Shown piece after piece: positions 10,564-24,481 of a stretch of DNA of 64,000 nt (position 1 is the stretch's first letter; every line of letters starts with the position of its first letter). This stretch comes from Somniosus microcephalus. Taxonomy: Eukaryota. The stretch spans positions 302,374,001 through 302,438,000 of the forward strand of contig CM126205.1 of assembly GCA_052327205.1 (NCBI GenBank), given 5' to 3'. Under the pieces are notes generated by a model. The model saw only the letters and a program-made list of their open reading frames with translations. It had not been told where the DNA came from and did not search any database. The position numbers and the translations under genes were made by a program.

Positions 10564-12206
10564 TATAAATGCAAGGGTTAAGGGCTGTCACTGAGTGTCT
10601 TGCCACAGGGACTGCTATCTGGGAATGTGCACCAGTAAGAAATGACTGATGTAATGAAGGTGTGGGTTTCTATTGTTGAGAAGTTTTACTTGTAAATTCC
10701 AAGATGAGTTGAGTTGTATTCAATGCAAATGTTACTTTGCTGTTGATTTAATTAAGGGAGATTATATTCCGAATGTTTTTTTGCTCAGTGTCCCCATATC
10801 CCTGTTGATTAAAATTGGAGTGAGGTGAGGAGTACTTTAATGGAACTGGACCACACGGCCACAAGTTCCATGAAGGAAGCCCAAGTGCTGTTTCTCTAAA
10901 GGGCATGGAGAAATATCAAACTTCTAAATACATCATAAATAATATTATTATTTAAAAAAAACTAAACAATGAATACTGTTTAAAATGCTTAGCAATAATA
11001 AGTCTAAATTATAAAAGTGAATTATTATACAATCAAGGGCAAAGATTTCTTCTGTGCAAAGTGTGTAACAACATTTTAAAGACATTCTTTATAAATGGGT
11101 TTACAATTTTGTTATGCATAGGGCATAAGGGAAATCTTCTTCCTGTATTTGCATATTCAGCCTACCCCACCCATTTATTAAGGGCATAATTCATCAAACA
11201 TTTTAAACTGCATTTACCACCAGACATTGTGAAGTGGATTTTGAGTACCTGGTTTACAATTGTGCAAAGAAATTGTCAATGTTTAACAACTGCTCGTAAA
11301 AGCATAACAAAACTAGGTTGTTCTGTTTAGCAAATGCTGCCTTGCGATCTAGAATGGAGAAATCAGATTACTCGATTATTCCATGAACTAATGATTGTTC
11401 AGAAATTTCCTCTCCATTAACCCTAGTTCAATTTGACAGTTTTGCCAAGATTCTCGCTTGTACTCGAGATCTGTTAGATTACTTTCTCCTTAGAGTGACA
11501 TCACACAAATAGCACACAAACAGGTCATAACAGATATATATGTGCCTCTAAATTTGCTTGGGGCCTTTATATGACCCTAAACTTCCTTGTAATTCACCTG
11601 TTATTATGCATAATATTTACCAATTTCTTTTTCCCTGAGAATTATGCAAATGATGCATATGTCGCTCACTCCATCCTATCCAAGCATCAGCACGGAAATC
11701 GGCACTCCAGGTTGGAATACATAGTGAGTTAGAGGGGTTTGCACAAGGCGAATCACTCAGCACTAGTGAACAAAAGCTGGTGATGGTGGAAAGTACAGAG
11801 CAGGAAATGACTGGCAAGCTCAGGTTCTAGCTCTGCGGAAGAAGACAGAGATGCAAGCTTTAGTGGTCCAGAATTCAAAAGAAAGATCTTTCATGTGGAA
11901 GGCACTGGGGAGGCACCTTGTACAAGTAGTAGAATTGGCAAAAAGTCGCCTAAGAAAGGCCTTTAGGCCTGCACCTGGGAGATTATTATTTCTTCTGGCA
12001 TTAGTGAACACCATTAAAATATAACACCATTTGTTTTTATGATGTTGCTTGTAGAGTGTTTATATAGTGGATATGGATTTAGTAAAGCAAGGTTGCATAT
12101 ATGTCAATGGTAACCAGTGGAATGGAAGTTCTTTATTGGAGGGTAGATGGATTGGTTCAGATGGTGATCTGGATGGGAAATGTGTTGGGAGTAGAGGGAG
12201 GAATGT

Positions 12207-13290
12207 TTAGGAGCAGCGATGTTCACTGAGTTGTTGACATACAACTTTGGCTGCAGGGTGATGTCGGATGCCTCCCACTGTAGCTGCATCCTCTGGGTGA
12301 TCAGCTTCTTCCTCTTCATGTGGTGGATAGTCCTCTTCATCAGTCGGCAACAGTAGCTCTCTCCATTGCGTGGCAAAGTTATGCAGGAGGAAGCACATCA
12401 CCACAATCCTCGCCACTCTCTCAGGGTTGCACTAAAGGCAACTCCAGACTGGTCTAGCCAGCGGAATTGTTGTTGAAGGACTCTTATTGACTGTTTGATG
12501 ACTGCTCTGGTTGAGCCATGGCATTGTTGTATCTGACCTCCGAAGGCATCTGTGGGTTTTGGAGTGGGATTCTCAGCCACGTCTGGAGGGGATATCTCTC
12601 GTCAGCTTGCAGCCAGCCTTGTCAAATAGAGGGGGAATGTAGGCATTATGAGAGATACCTGGAAAGTGGACATACACCTGCATGAACCATTGCCAGTGGT
12701 CATATATCAGCTGGTCATTAAGAGAGTGAAACTCTATTTCAGTTCATGAAGGTCCCAGGCTCATTGGCAGGAGCCCTGACATCCACATATGTGCTGTCTC
12801 TGGCACCCTGCACTTGTAGGAATCCTGCAATGGTTGCAAAACCCAGAGCCCTTTCTTGCTGGCTCTTGGGGTCCAAGATGAAGTCATTAACCCTGGCAAA
12901 CAGCACGTCTGTGACCTGCTTTATGCTGGAATGAACTGCAGCCTGACATACAGCATATGTCTCCAGCTGAAGCCTGGAATTATCCTGGTACATAGACATT
13001 CAGCACTGTGGTAACCTTAACTGCCACAGGAAATGCATTGCCAGCTCTGGTAGTGGACAGCAGCTCCTACCTGAAATGCCATCTCATGAGAAGCACAATC
13101 TCCTCCTACCCTGCTCCTCACTGAGGTTCAGGTAGCTCATTCTGGACCTGTAGAGCATATGACATTGGTAAGGCTGCCTGAAGCAGCTCTCCTCCTTCCT
13201 AGACTCCTTGCAGGGCCAAGTGTGGCTCTCTGAAGCTCCTCCACCTGTTGTTGCTGCTGGGCCTGTTTCTCCTTGCAGCCTGTAAGGGAT
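12207..13290 (-). pseudogene. Decayed Harbinger (HARBI1-like) transposase
   Basis: Fragments LYRSRMSYLNLSEEQGRRRLCF, VHSSIKQVTDVLFAR..GFATIAGFLQVQGARDSTYV, TRAVIKQSIRVLQQQFRWLDQSG and RIVVMCFLLHNFA align to 34085-35242. Many frameshifts. Probable terminus ...ATCGACCCC at about 13747. Confidence 0.9.
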
Positions 13291-15109
13291 GACCAATATC
13301 ACTCCTATCCTTCAGTAAAGGAAACGCCTCTCTCTGCTGATAGAACATTTGACATGCTAGGAAATGCAAAAAGTAACACAATTTCAGCAAAAATGTTCTC
13401 AGAAAAGCTCTTCCAACTATGCAATACCAATCATCTGCAGGTGAGTACCCCTTTAAAATAGCCCTGGAACTGCTTGTTTCCAGCCTGTACCATCGAGTAC
13501 ACCTGAGCGTTCACCATGCTAATGTTAATGAAAATGGCATTGGGGTTCTCCTGACCTCATAGGATTGGCATGCATTAATGAGGCTCTCGACTGATTCAGG
13601 CGGAAGCTCTGACAACCTATGCCTAGGTCCCAATCAAAATGGCGGCAAGTGGAACGGCAGAGGAAACAGGGCAGTTAGTTCTGCACCTTTATTTCCCTCA
13701 AGCTACCATCCTCTTCCTGCCTGAAAATGGGGTTGAACATCGACCCCAGTCTGTACACTTTAATGCAATAACACACAGGTCACTGGTATAACTTTTATGC
13801 AAAATAAGGTGGTTTGAGATAGGAATTTATATGAATTTTATGATGTTAAAAACTGCTGCAAAAATTATTCTGGATGAATGTTAAAATGCTGTTAAATAAA
13901 ACAATATGCCTCCTTACAATAAGTGGATTCATCCTGTCAATTAAAAAAAATACAATGCTCTTCTAAAAGTGTCGGTCCTGACAGCTATAAAGAGTTTGAT
14001 AATGTCTGCTCATGTCATAAAGGTCACCCTTGATTATGCAAAATGACATAATAGCATTTACTTTAATACACTGTAAAACCTCCTGCCATTTTATTTTGCT
14101 TCATGTAACCAATATTAAAGGCTTTGTGTTAAAGTGTTTTGCATACTTTTTTTGTGATTCAATCTTTTGTCTCATTGAAAAGGACTGGTGTGTCACGGGA
14201 CGGGGGGTGGGGGGGGGAATGGCGGACGGGTGAGTTTTATGCCTGTTCCCTATGCCCAGCAATAGTTTGGGGGCATATCTGGGCCATTCATGGACTACCT
14301 TGGGAATTCCATCCATTTTTGGTCTTTCCAAAGACCTCAGGAATGTTACAGAGTAAAGTTAGTTGTTCCCGGACGAGATTGATTACTTCAGAATGTAGAC
14401 CTTGGTTTCCCTATGGTGAAAGATCTTTTTCATTCTAATCTTCAGCCATTAAAGGTCTCTGGATCCCACCATCAGCAGGACGTCGCTCTGATTTTCCAGT
14501 ACTTCACTGGGGCGGGTGCCTTTGTTGCCCTGCTACAGGAATGGGCCGACAATGTTGAATATTATAATGACCCCGTCTCTGTGATTTGGGAAGGGGTTAA
14601 TGATCTTTCTAAGCAACAGATGGAAATCCTGTCCTAGTGACAGAGAGGGGTATCAGCAATTTTGGTCGTGACAAAAATGATCCACTGTTATTCTCTTCCC
14701 CCCATTGCCCCGCTCCACCATTCTCCGCATAATTAAAAGTTTGCTGAACACTTTTTTTTCATAAATACAGTCTTCTCTTAAAGGAGCGACATTAAACCAA
14801 AGGTCTCAGAGTATCTCCACTTCACCTGTTATTACAGACAATAAAACTGCAACACCATTGAACCTCCACTGTAACAATGGCCTCCCTGATTAACTTCCAT
14901 CATAATACAATACTTCTGGACACACATTACAAAAAGAACGATTATCTGTCATTTTCCAAACAGAACAAAGGATGCAGCAACAGTTGTCCTGAAATTTCTG
15001 TGAAACCTCTTGAAGCAGTACAGTTGCAAATGCTAGAAATCAACAGAAGGCTGAGTGTATGTTAATGGCCTGTTATACAATAGATGATTTCATAGACTGC
15101 CTAGGAGTG

Positions 15110-15320
15110 ATGAAGTGGGTTAGAATACGATGGTTTGGTCTCTGCCACCTGTGTTTGAATTCAGCCTAGACAGATGAGGTAAAAGTCTCCTTTGTGTGTC
15201 ATTTATAAATTAATGGTGCTTAATTTCAATCTAGGCCCTACTGGCCATGTGTCTGTGGCACAAAACTGCTCATAATTTGGCTCTAATTGTAGCTAAAATG
15301 TCACCCTTGTTTGGGAAGGC
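15110..15320 (+). mobile_element. LF-SINE-like element (decayed)
   Basis: B-box-like GTTTGAATTCAGCC, then CCTACTGGCCATGTGTC..CACAAAACTGCTCATAATTTGGCTCTAATTG..CACCCTTGTT, which resembles the LF-SINE core as I recall it. Confidence 0.5.
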
Positions 15321-15455
15321 CACAGGTATGGCTGCTGGGAAATGTCATACTGGTGCAGTTTATCCAATATTGATTAGGGGAACTTGAGACTTGCTACTGT
15401 TGGTGGCAGTGTTGACAAAGTTTTATTCTGTAGATGATTTGTGTCTGGAGTCATT

Positions 15456-15988
15456 GGGAGATAAATTCAGGCATGAAATAGACGAAACATGGTCCAAAGT
15501 TGGTCACGATTTCCTGCACCTCACACAAAATAGGATCAGGTCACCTTTAGCTGCCCAGATCACCCGCCTTAAACAGGCAGCAGGCTGATTTGGTTTTGCA
15601 AATCAGGGTCCTATACCAGTTACCAGCCACCAGGCATAGCTTGGACTGCGCAAGCTCTGAATCGTTCTTACGGATCTAGAGTGGCTTAACCAGTGGTCCT
15701 TAAAGAGACCACTGGAGGTTGCTAAAGAAAAAGGCCCAAAAACGTTGTGTATTTTTGCGCTTCCTGGCCCCGCCACAGGACCTACTTGAGGGCTGCTGTC
15801 GGTGTCGCAGCCAGGCCAAGTTGCTACCATTGGTTCTGCTTCCAGTCGCCCGATTGGAGCCTGTGGCTCACCAGTTAAATGCAGATGAGACCTAGTACCG
15901 AATGTGGCATGGGCCTCACCCCGGCAAGGACTGGCCTATGTTGTGATTGCTGCGTTGACTCGCCGCACGTTTCGGCAATTTCTCCCCG
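15456..15988. mobile_element. Decayed non-autonomous Harbinger-type element
   Basis: Imperfect TIRs GGGAGATAAATT / AATTTCTCCCCG with ATT on both flanks. Confidence 0.45.
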
Positions 15989-18900
15989 ATTGAATCTAAC
16001 ACTAGATAGAATAATTGGTCAATTATCCATTCCTAGCACTGACTTCTTTTACTTGGATCAAAAAAAAATAACACTGTTCCCTCCCCTCCAACTACCCAAC
16101 ATTCTTTTTTTTTTGAAACTCTTATAATTTGACATAATCTGAATCCCCTCAAATGTGTTACAGCTTTGTAACACACTTTCAGATGCCTGTTATCCTACAT
16201 ATAACAGAGATCCTTATAATGAGGGTAGAGTGTGTAATCAAACACTGGTAATTTGTAACATTGATTTTACTAGTACCTCATGTAGTGGCAGAATTGTGGT
16301 TATAATGGCACAACTTTTGCTATGTGTTGGATTATATAGAGGACAGTAGTTAGAGACTTGAGCTACTGTGTTATTAATAAAATGGAAAGAACACAAGAGA
16401 GTGCTATTTGATAGACGTAGCAGTTTTATAGTATGCTTAAGCTTTTAAAACTTTCAAACTTTCAGCTACAGGTAATAAAAACTGCAACTAAATACCAATA
16501 TATAACTTATTTGACACAGTGGAAGTTGTGTTCTGCTTTTTGTTAAATGAACTCACTGCAAGTATTTTTGACCTACATATAATTTACATATTTTCTTATA
16601 GAAAAGTCAAGATTCTGGAGTTAATTTAAACCAAATATCATCTTTTAAAAATAAGCTCTCATATAAATAAGGGTTTCTTATGAGTAATGTAAAAATGTAA
16701 CAATACATAGATATTCATTTTACCCTGCTATACTGTGGGGGAGGGAGGAAAGGAGAGGCGGGGGGCAGAGTCAAATGTTATTTTCCCATGGAATGGAATC
16801 ACATGCCTCTATGTGCTAATCTTTTGCCAATCAACTAATATGTACGGGGTCAATTTTAACTCCCTCTGCCTAGTAAGCGGGGGGTGGGCAGTTAAAATGG
16901 AGCGGGGGATTTACCCACTCTTTTCTCGCTCTGCACTGGCTGACTGCAATTTTAAATTGTGGGTGGCGAGGACACCCAGCCCAAGTCAGCGGGATCCTCT
17001 TTAAATATGCAGATCAGAGTCCAATGACATCATTGCTCCAACTGCCCATTGGGTTCTGTCTGATTTCTATCTGTTTCCTTAGATCTGTACCTCACATTTT
17101 CCATTGCTTCACATTATGCTTCCTACTTTGAATATAGGAAGGACAGTATTCCTCTTCTACCATTGCCCGGGAACAAGGTGGAAACAGCACACTGGAAGTG
17201 CACTTCCCTAGGAACCGGGGTCGGGGAGGCAAAATAATGCCAATCTTCCTCTGAGTCCTCATTAGCACACATAGGAGCGGTCTGTTGGGTGCAGGGCCAG
17301 AGGGGAAGAGGTCCAACTGTTGACTGAGCCTTAAAAGCAGCAGCGATTTTAAAGGAACAGGTAAAATGGGAGACCCAGATCTTTCAATTTTAAAGGATTT
17401 TTATTGTGATGAATTGTGGTCAATTTTAAAATTAAACTATGCCTGCCAGAATGCTGTGATTTGCCTGTCAGTGGTCTTTAAGTTATTTAAAGGTTCCGTC
17501 GCCTGTGAATGAGCAGGGGTGGCAGCAACACCTCAAGCTGGACTCCGGGGATCGCTGCAGTTTGCCTCAGAGGACGCTGGTAAAAGGGCAGCACTGTGCT
17601 GCCAAGCAGGAGATGAAGGAATAAGGAAAACAAGCATGGGTGAGAAGAATGATGGTACAAGAATAGAAGGAGGGTGCTGGTTTGACGGTGAGGTGTTTTG
17701 TTTTCGTCAAGGGCAGCATGGGTATTGTTTTATGGTCAGGGGGAAAGTGGGAATTCTTACTTTGTGGCACGAAAACAGTTGCTAGTGGCTCAGAAGTTGG
17801 CCCAGGCGACTGTCAAGGTCAAAGTGGTTGTTTCCTCTCGGCAGCCTCCAAATGGGAAAAGAAGGGGTGGCACAGTACTGAACACGGCCTCTATCAGTAT
17901 CTATGAAAAACGAACCACAATCTGCCACAAGCGCTGAATCAGCGAAACCAGTTTTATTCAAAAATTCAAAAATCAAGGTCTTCCTTGGCAATACCAGCCT
18001 ATCACTTAAGACAGCTCATAAACAACAGTTCAGGAAACAGCAGTGCCAGGTTTCTGTGGGGACACCCAGCGTTGTTAGAGGACGTCTGTGTTGCTCACAC
18101 TAAAGTATATTGGATTTGTTCTGTCAATCAATTCACACATTTTGTTTTTAAAAGGTACATTTTTACTAAATACCTCTTTAGTAAAGATGGCTAGGCTGTC
18201 ATTTTTAATTTTTATTGCAAGCACCAGAGCTCTAGTTGGAGCCTAATTTTTTTTTTTGAAACAAAGATTGCAATCAATTGCTGATGGCAGTGATACCATG
18301 GTTACACATTTGTACGATGGAATAACTGTAAGTCAAAATTGATTGCAGGGCAAATGAAATTTTCTGCTAAACCTGAGGTATCAATTCTGTCAAATTATAT
18401 AGGCTAATTTCATAGGTATCAAAAATTAAGCTTATAAAACTAATCCAAGAACCGATTCACTAAATCAACATTGTTCCATATGGTATTTGACATTCTGAAG
18501 TTCATCAGCTCACTGTGCCTACACTAATGTCCTCATTATGGCACTAACCTATGATTCCTGTGGAGTTGTGTTTAAAGCATTTATCATCCGGCAAACAAAA
18601 CATTATCAAATGTATCTGCTTTGTATAATAACAGCAGAAGGGAAAATACAATGCAAGTGTTGATGGAAGTAAGTCCTCAGGATTTACCTTCAGTTGAGCA
18701 AGCTGGCCAAAGTTAGGATGCTTAGATCACCCCAGTGTCACCCCTCTTCCCCCTCATTTCAACCTACTAGTATTAAAATGGCCACATTATCCATTTGCTT
18801 TTCTTCTGAAATCCCCCTAAATGTTACTTTTATGATTTTATGAAGTTGGTTGATGATGAGACATGAACCCTCATGTTTGGGACTGATTTGAGAATTGTAG

Positions 18901-19014
18901 TTGAAGGAAAGAAAGTTGCATTAATATAGCACCTTGTCCCATCCTCAGGATGAGCCGAAACACTTTGCAATCAGTCGTGGCAGCCAATATGTGCACAGCA
19001 AGGTCTCACACACT

Positions 19015-19205
19015 CTCTCTTCTCTTAGGCAGTCCCTCGGAACCGAGGGTGACTTGCTTCCACATTAAAAATGAGTTTGCAGGTGACTGATGAGTCCAAT
19101 GCGGGACCTACAGTCTCTGTCACAGGTGGGGCAGATGATGGTTGAAGGGGCGGGTGGGTGGGGTGCTTGGGTTGACGTGCGCTCCTTGCGCTGCCTGCGC
19201 TTGCA
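19015..19205 (-). mobile_element. RTE-clade LINE 3' end
   Basis: C-terminal zinc finger ICPTCDRDCRSRIGLISHLQTH followed by a short UTR and GA-rich tail. Confidence 0.8.
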
Positions 19206-21585
19206 CATCAAATGAATGACCAGGTAATCTATTCTTGGTGGTGGTGTTGGTTGAGGTTGAATGTTGGCAAGCACAACAACAACTTCTATTTATATAGCAG
19301 CTGGGTGTATGGAAAACAGATGCCAGGGTAGGAAAAGAGAGATTTGGAGAGGTTGCCAAAATCTTGATCATAGAGGTGAGTTTTCAAGAGGTTTCTAAAG
19401 AAGGGGAGAGGGTGATGGGCAGAGAAACTGAAGTAGCTGTCGAGGAGGGGTGATTTGCAAAGGGAGAATTACGTTTTATGATGGAGAGGACTATGGGGAC
19501 TCAAACTCAGCTCGGGGTTGTAGCAGATGGTAAGGTTGTGAAAACAGAGTGGCCTTGAAGGCATAGAATCAGTGGTAAGGGAATGGTTTGTGGCTGGGGT
19601 TGAAGACAATGGCTTCAGTTTTCTCAGTGTTGAGCTGGAAGAGGTTAAAACTCACCCAAAGACACCTGGAGATCTCACTATTCTACAAATAATAACATGG
19701 GAACTTTTACATCCACTTGATCAATGAGAAGTGTCTCAGTTTAACATCTCATTCAAAAGATGGCACCTCTGACAATGCAGTACTCCCTCAGCAAGGCACT
19801 GAAGTGTCAGCCTAAACTATGTGCTCAACCGTGGCTAGAAACCGTTACGTTCTGGCTTAGAAGTGAGCACAATAACAACTGAGCCAAGTAAACACACCGT
19901 AAAGGCTCTTCTTACCTTAGTTTAGTTCCCCCATTATGCCTGGAAATTTGGTGAGCTTGGATTGTGGCTAATGCTCATCCATAGATACAGTGTTGTATGG
20001 GTGATGAGCTTCAAGGCATTTTCCAAATCCTGATCATTCCAATTTGGAGTTAGTTGTGAACATTTAAGGCAATTTAGGCTTGCATGTGTCGATTCCTTTC
20101 GGAATGGAAAATGGTGCTGCACATGGAGGGATCACTTTGCCGGTTTTTGTCCCTTTTCTCCAATTGCCCCTCTTACCAACAAGGCAAAATAAATGTTGAT
20201 GCCTCCATATTGTGAAGTAGCAGCTGCAAGGGAGCAACCAGTAGTTTTAGTTTCTTCAAGGTTTTTCTTAAATTGTATTTTGTTGTTTGGTATCTGTCTA
20301 TTCCATCTGATTTCTATGATGGTCTAGTGATGATGCATTTGAGAAACTTGTTTTCATAACGCTGGAGGCAGGGGATATGTCCGAGACTTCCATTTATGCG
20401 GTGGTCTGACTGGGCTATCTATCCATGGAATCTAATTCCCTAGTGTTCTGAGAGATATCTATGAGTGTTTTCCACTTCTCTGGTGGTCCAAGAAGCCTCC
20501 CCCTACCAGCCTGGTGCACCACAGTCGTGCTTTTGTTTTCCAGATTTACGGATTCGGAACATAAGTATTTCAGCAGCTCCAAATCCAAATAAATCAAAGG
20601 GTCCTCCCCAGTGAAAGATAGGGGCATCAACCATTGACAATATTAAATTACTTTGATGATCAGTTTTGAAAAAATCAATTTCTTTTTCCATATTTTTAAA
20701 ATCAGAAATACAAAACTGTAATAATTAGCATCAAAATATAATGGGTATCAATATACTGAGAAGTTGGAAATGATGATCTATGAAAATGACATAATAACCT
20801 AGATGATGGTAAAACATTGTGGGAAAGAGAAAATGTTGGCCTTCACATTCCATCTATTTCTTTGGTCAATAAAGTGCTGCACTTATCATTCCGTTTTATA
20901 AGAATTTTAAATCTGAAACTGAAAAGAATCATGCTAAGCTTCAGAAAATGTAATGATAGTTTGAAAAAGATCTTATTTGTGATCATTTATAACATAATGC
21001 CGACGTCAACTCTGAATGCCTTCCTTTACTGTTGCTTCCTGTCAGTTGTGCTATTGTGCATGTTCATTAGTCCATTGTGCTTACACTAACACTCTTATTC
21101 TGGATGGTGAGGAGTGTACACAAATTACACTGAACTCTATGTGCTTAGTATGCATACTATGCCATGCTGAAGGGATACTTTATTAATAGCACAAAAGGAA
21201 AAGATAACATGCAAACAAAGGAAAATGATAGGAAATATAATTTGGGGGTTTTGGTGGTGAAATGGTTAAGAGATTTCTGCTTCTTGAATGATTTATGCAG
21301 TTTGTGATCTCATGAGCTTGTAGCTCTCCATGTCAACAGGGACTAATAGTGCCTTCAGACCGAAGTCAAGGGTCTGATCTTGGTTGAGAGCAAGTCAGAG
21401 TCAACTTCCTCCACTAGGAATGGCCCAAAGGGCAGCCGGAACTCCGGAACACTGAAGCTGCTACAGCCTTGCACCTTCAGTGGAGAGGAGCCTTCAACTG
21501 TCAGATGTTGTAACATCACAAACTCTGTGTTAATACAATATGATATCATATTGCCGGCCGACAAATTTCCCTTGGAGATCATGGA

Positions 21586-21900
21586 CTGGTTTCACTGATC
21601 ATGAGCTCAAATCCCAACCTGGCAAATTGTGAAACTGAATTCAATAATCCTGGTGATTTGTGGGCTAGCACCAGGTAAAATGATCGTGAAAGCTGGATTG
21701 TGATTAAAAACCCAACTGGTTTACTAACGTCCTTCGGGAAAGGGAACCTGGTCTGGCCTACACATGATTCCAGTCTCACACTATGTGGTTAACTCTTAAT
21801 GTCCTTTGAAGTGGCATAGCAAACTATTCAGTTGTCAAGGCAATTAGGGATGAGCTAATGCAGCCTTGCTGGCATCACCCGCATTCTGACAATTAACAAA
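21586..21900 (+). mobile_element. tRNA-derived SINE with RTE/Vingi-like tail
   Basis: Related reverse copy at 51258-51490. The tail GGCAATTAGGGATG..GCCTTGC is shared with the fragment at 58040-58125. Confidence 0.65.
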
Positions 21901-24344
21901 AACATGTTATAAGTGAACCCAGATCACTTCAGTTGTGTTCTGTGACAGTCTGAATACTGCCAAATTGTCTCTCGTGCATTTGCGGGCCAGTCAGACCATT
22001 TGCAGGGGCTTGTTTGAAGGTAGCATAACGTAACAAAGCATTTCTGACAGTAAAGGTTAATATTTTGGCTCAAATATATAAATATCTCTATTTTGCTGAT
22101 AATGCTCCTGCCAGGGTGCCACTCCAACGATCTGCAGGGCACTCAGGGTGGGCACCTCTGTATCTCGTCTACAGGCATGGGCCTGATGTCTCGATTTTCA
22201 AAATGACCCTGGTCCTAGGATTTTAGATAGGGTCAACTTTCTTAGCACGCGGTGGTCTAAAGTCTGCTGCACTTTCGGTGGCAGGGGTATGCTCAGGAAG
22301 TGCAAGCCCATGTGAGTTCTGGAGGATTAGTCTAATCAACCACAGAATAAACACAATGAGGTTAAAGCACTAGTACTATTTTGGAAAAATAATGATATTT
22401 GCATACCTTACATTAGAACCAGCCGCAAACATGTCTAATACGGCTTTCACACAGATATGACACAGAGAAGATAACACTACCGTGTGTGGTGTGTTATAAG
22501 GCAATAAAACAGAAAGGTTGGAATAGCATTTTAATATTACAGGTGTCCATAATCAAAGCAAATAATTTGATAAATTGTGATATTGAGATTTATCCTATTG
22601 TGAAAGGAATCTCATAGCTCCTATATATTAAACAGGATTTTTTTATTAAACAGGATCAATTACTGTTATATGTGCTGGACAGGCTTTGAAAGCAATGCCC
22701 ATGTTAAAAGCCGCAATTCCTGTTGAGTGGTGAAAGGGTTAATGGTCTCTGCAGTACCTCACAGATGATTACAACTAAGACTAAATTGTAAACAAGGAAT
22801 ACCTGGGAAAAACTGCCAAAATTGCTCGTCCTAATTTGCAAACAGATTAGTTGCTCTGTTTTCTAGGCTGGCTTGTATTAGCAAGGCTTTGCATTCCACA
22901 TCAGGGTTAGTTTAGCCAAGGAGCAGGACATGATTGGTCATGGGAGAATATAGGCAGAAAGTTACACATTTCCTATGATGTAAAAGTAAATTATACTGCA
23001 GCATGAGTGATTACACTGGAGAATGTGGGGCTACGGAGAATAATAAAAATCAGCCTGGACTAATTTCCTTTGAACAACTGAGCACATATAGGTCATTATT
23101 TCCTGTAATCCACAGGCTTTGGTGCACAGGTCTCTGTACTGAGCCAAAAAAACACTGAAAAAAAAATAATGAAACAGCAGACTTCTGAGAGGCCAAAGGT
23201 CAACTTTCTATTTAAAGAATGGAACTTTGTGGATTTTTTTTTGTAATCAGGAGTACGGCAAAATAGCTCGGAATCAGAATTTAGATATGTCATGACAGAA
23301 AACGCCAGGCACTAAGAGGTTGAAATGCCATGTGAAGTGTATAATGGGGTGGCGTTCTACTCTTGCAGAGTGTAATTTGATAATTAGTCTTTGCATCTAC
23401 TGTATGTTTTACTACATGCAAATGGCTCCAGGGAAGGAGCTAATGAAAGAGTGCGGACAGGAGGGATCTTTATTCCAAAGCTACGCCTCCGCATAGGTCA
23501 CTGGAATTCATTTGTCTACATCCTGGACGGCACGTAGGAAAAAAAAACTGCTTGGGATCTTTGAATGGAATGCAAAGGGGCATGGGAATCACAGTGTCAC
23601 GGTGGTCACCAGAGCAATCTTGGCTGAGCTTAAAACGAGACAGCACCGTCAGACCTCTTAAAGTACAGTAAATTGGTGCCCATATCAGGCTACCTATCTG
23701 CTGCAGTCTGTGCAATAGGCTGAGAAAAAGTGTGGGTTTGAGACAATGCCTGAGGCAGTGCAGGGGCACTGAAAGCAGCCGCATGCCTCTCTACTTCCAC
23801 CGCTATTAAGTGACCTCAGCAACAATCAAGTGTACTGTTACAGTTCATTTCAATAATTAAACAGTTCAGGGATGTCAGTGCTTTACACTGACTGTCAATA
23901 AGGCAACCCTAGGCCACAAATTATTCTCATACAAGATTTAGTAAGGTAGGTTAAATTCCTGAAAGCTAAATTACAGGAACATAAATGCACAGATTTGCTT
24001 GTTAAAGTGTTATTAAAGAATTTTTTATGTGCTTTATTCCCCTCCATTCAGCTGAGGCACTGTAAACTAAGAGGATAATGGCTACTTTATTTAAGAAATA
24101 ATAATTGACTGTACAGCTTTTGTATTTTCTTACCCAATAAATTAAAACACTGCCGTCATCTGTGACGTAACCAGTCCTTCCTACTAGTAGATAATCAAAA
24201 TATGGATTCAAAACTCACGTGGCAAACTTGAAAATAAAAAGAAATGATCATTTTCTTCTGCACTCGGTCGGAATTTTTAGCAATTCCACATTTGGGAACA
24301 GTGAGACTGTGCCTCACGTGATGGTGCTTAATTAGGGAAATATA

Positions 24345-24481
24345 AGTCTCGATATTAACCTAACATTGCCGGCGAGAACGGGACCGGTTCGGTTCGGACT
24401 TCAATGGAGTGTAAAATCGAGCAGGGCGTCCGAGCTGAACCTGGCCTGTTTTTGCTGGGTAGGTTAGGTTTAAATTGGGAC
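24345..24481. mobile_element. Palindromic MITE-like element
   Basis: Inverted ends GTCTCGATATTAACCTAAC / GTTAGGTTTAAATTGGGAC and inner arms GTTCGGTTCGGAC / GTCCGAGCTGAAC. Confidence 0.6.

Noticed and set aside
14191-14673. Possible solo LTR or TIR element with TGTCACG...CGTGACA ends
   Set aside because: There is no matching TSD and no internal hallmark. A 7-bp inverted match could be chance.
20324-20413. C/D-box snoRNA candidate (GTGATGA...CTGA)
   Set aside because: The terminal stem geometry is poor and I recognise no rRNA or snRNA guide. The opposite strand looks more like a very old RTE-LINE remnant.
22335-22510. Possible ancient Crypton/Eulor-type conserved repeat
   Set aside because: Only a vague resemblance (TTATAAGGCAATAAAAC end and a short hairpin). 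It cannot be supported without a database search.
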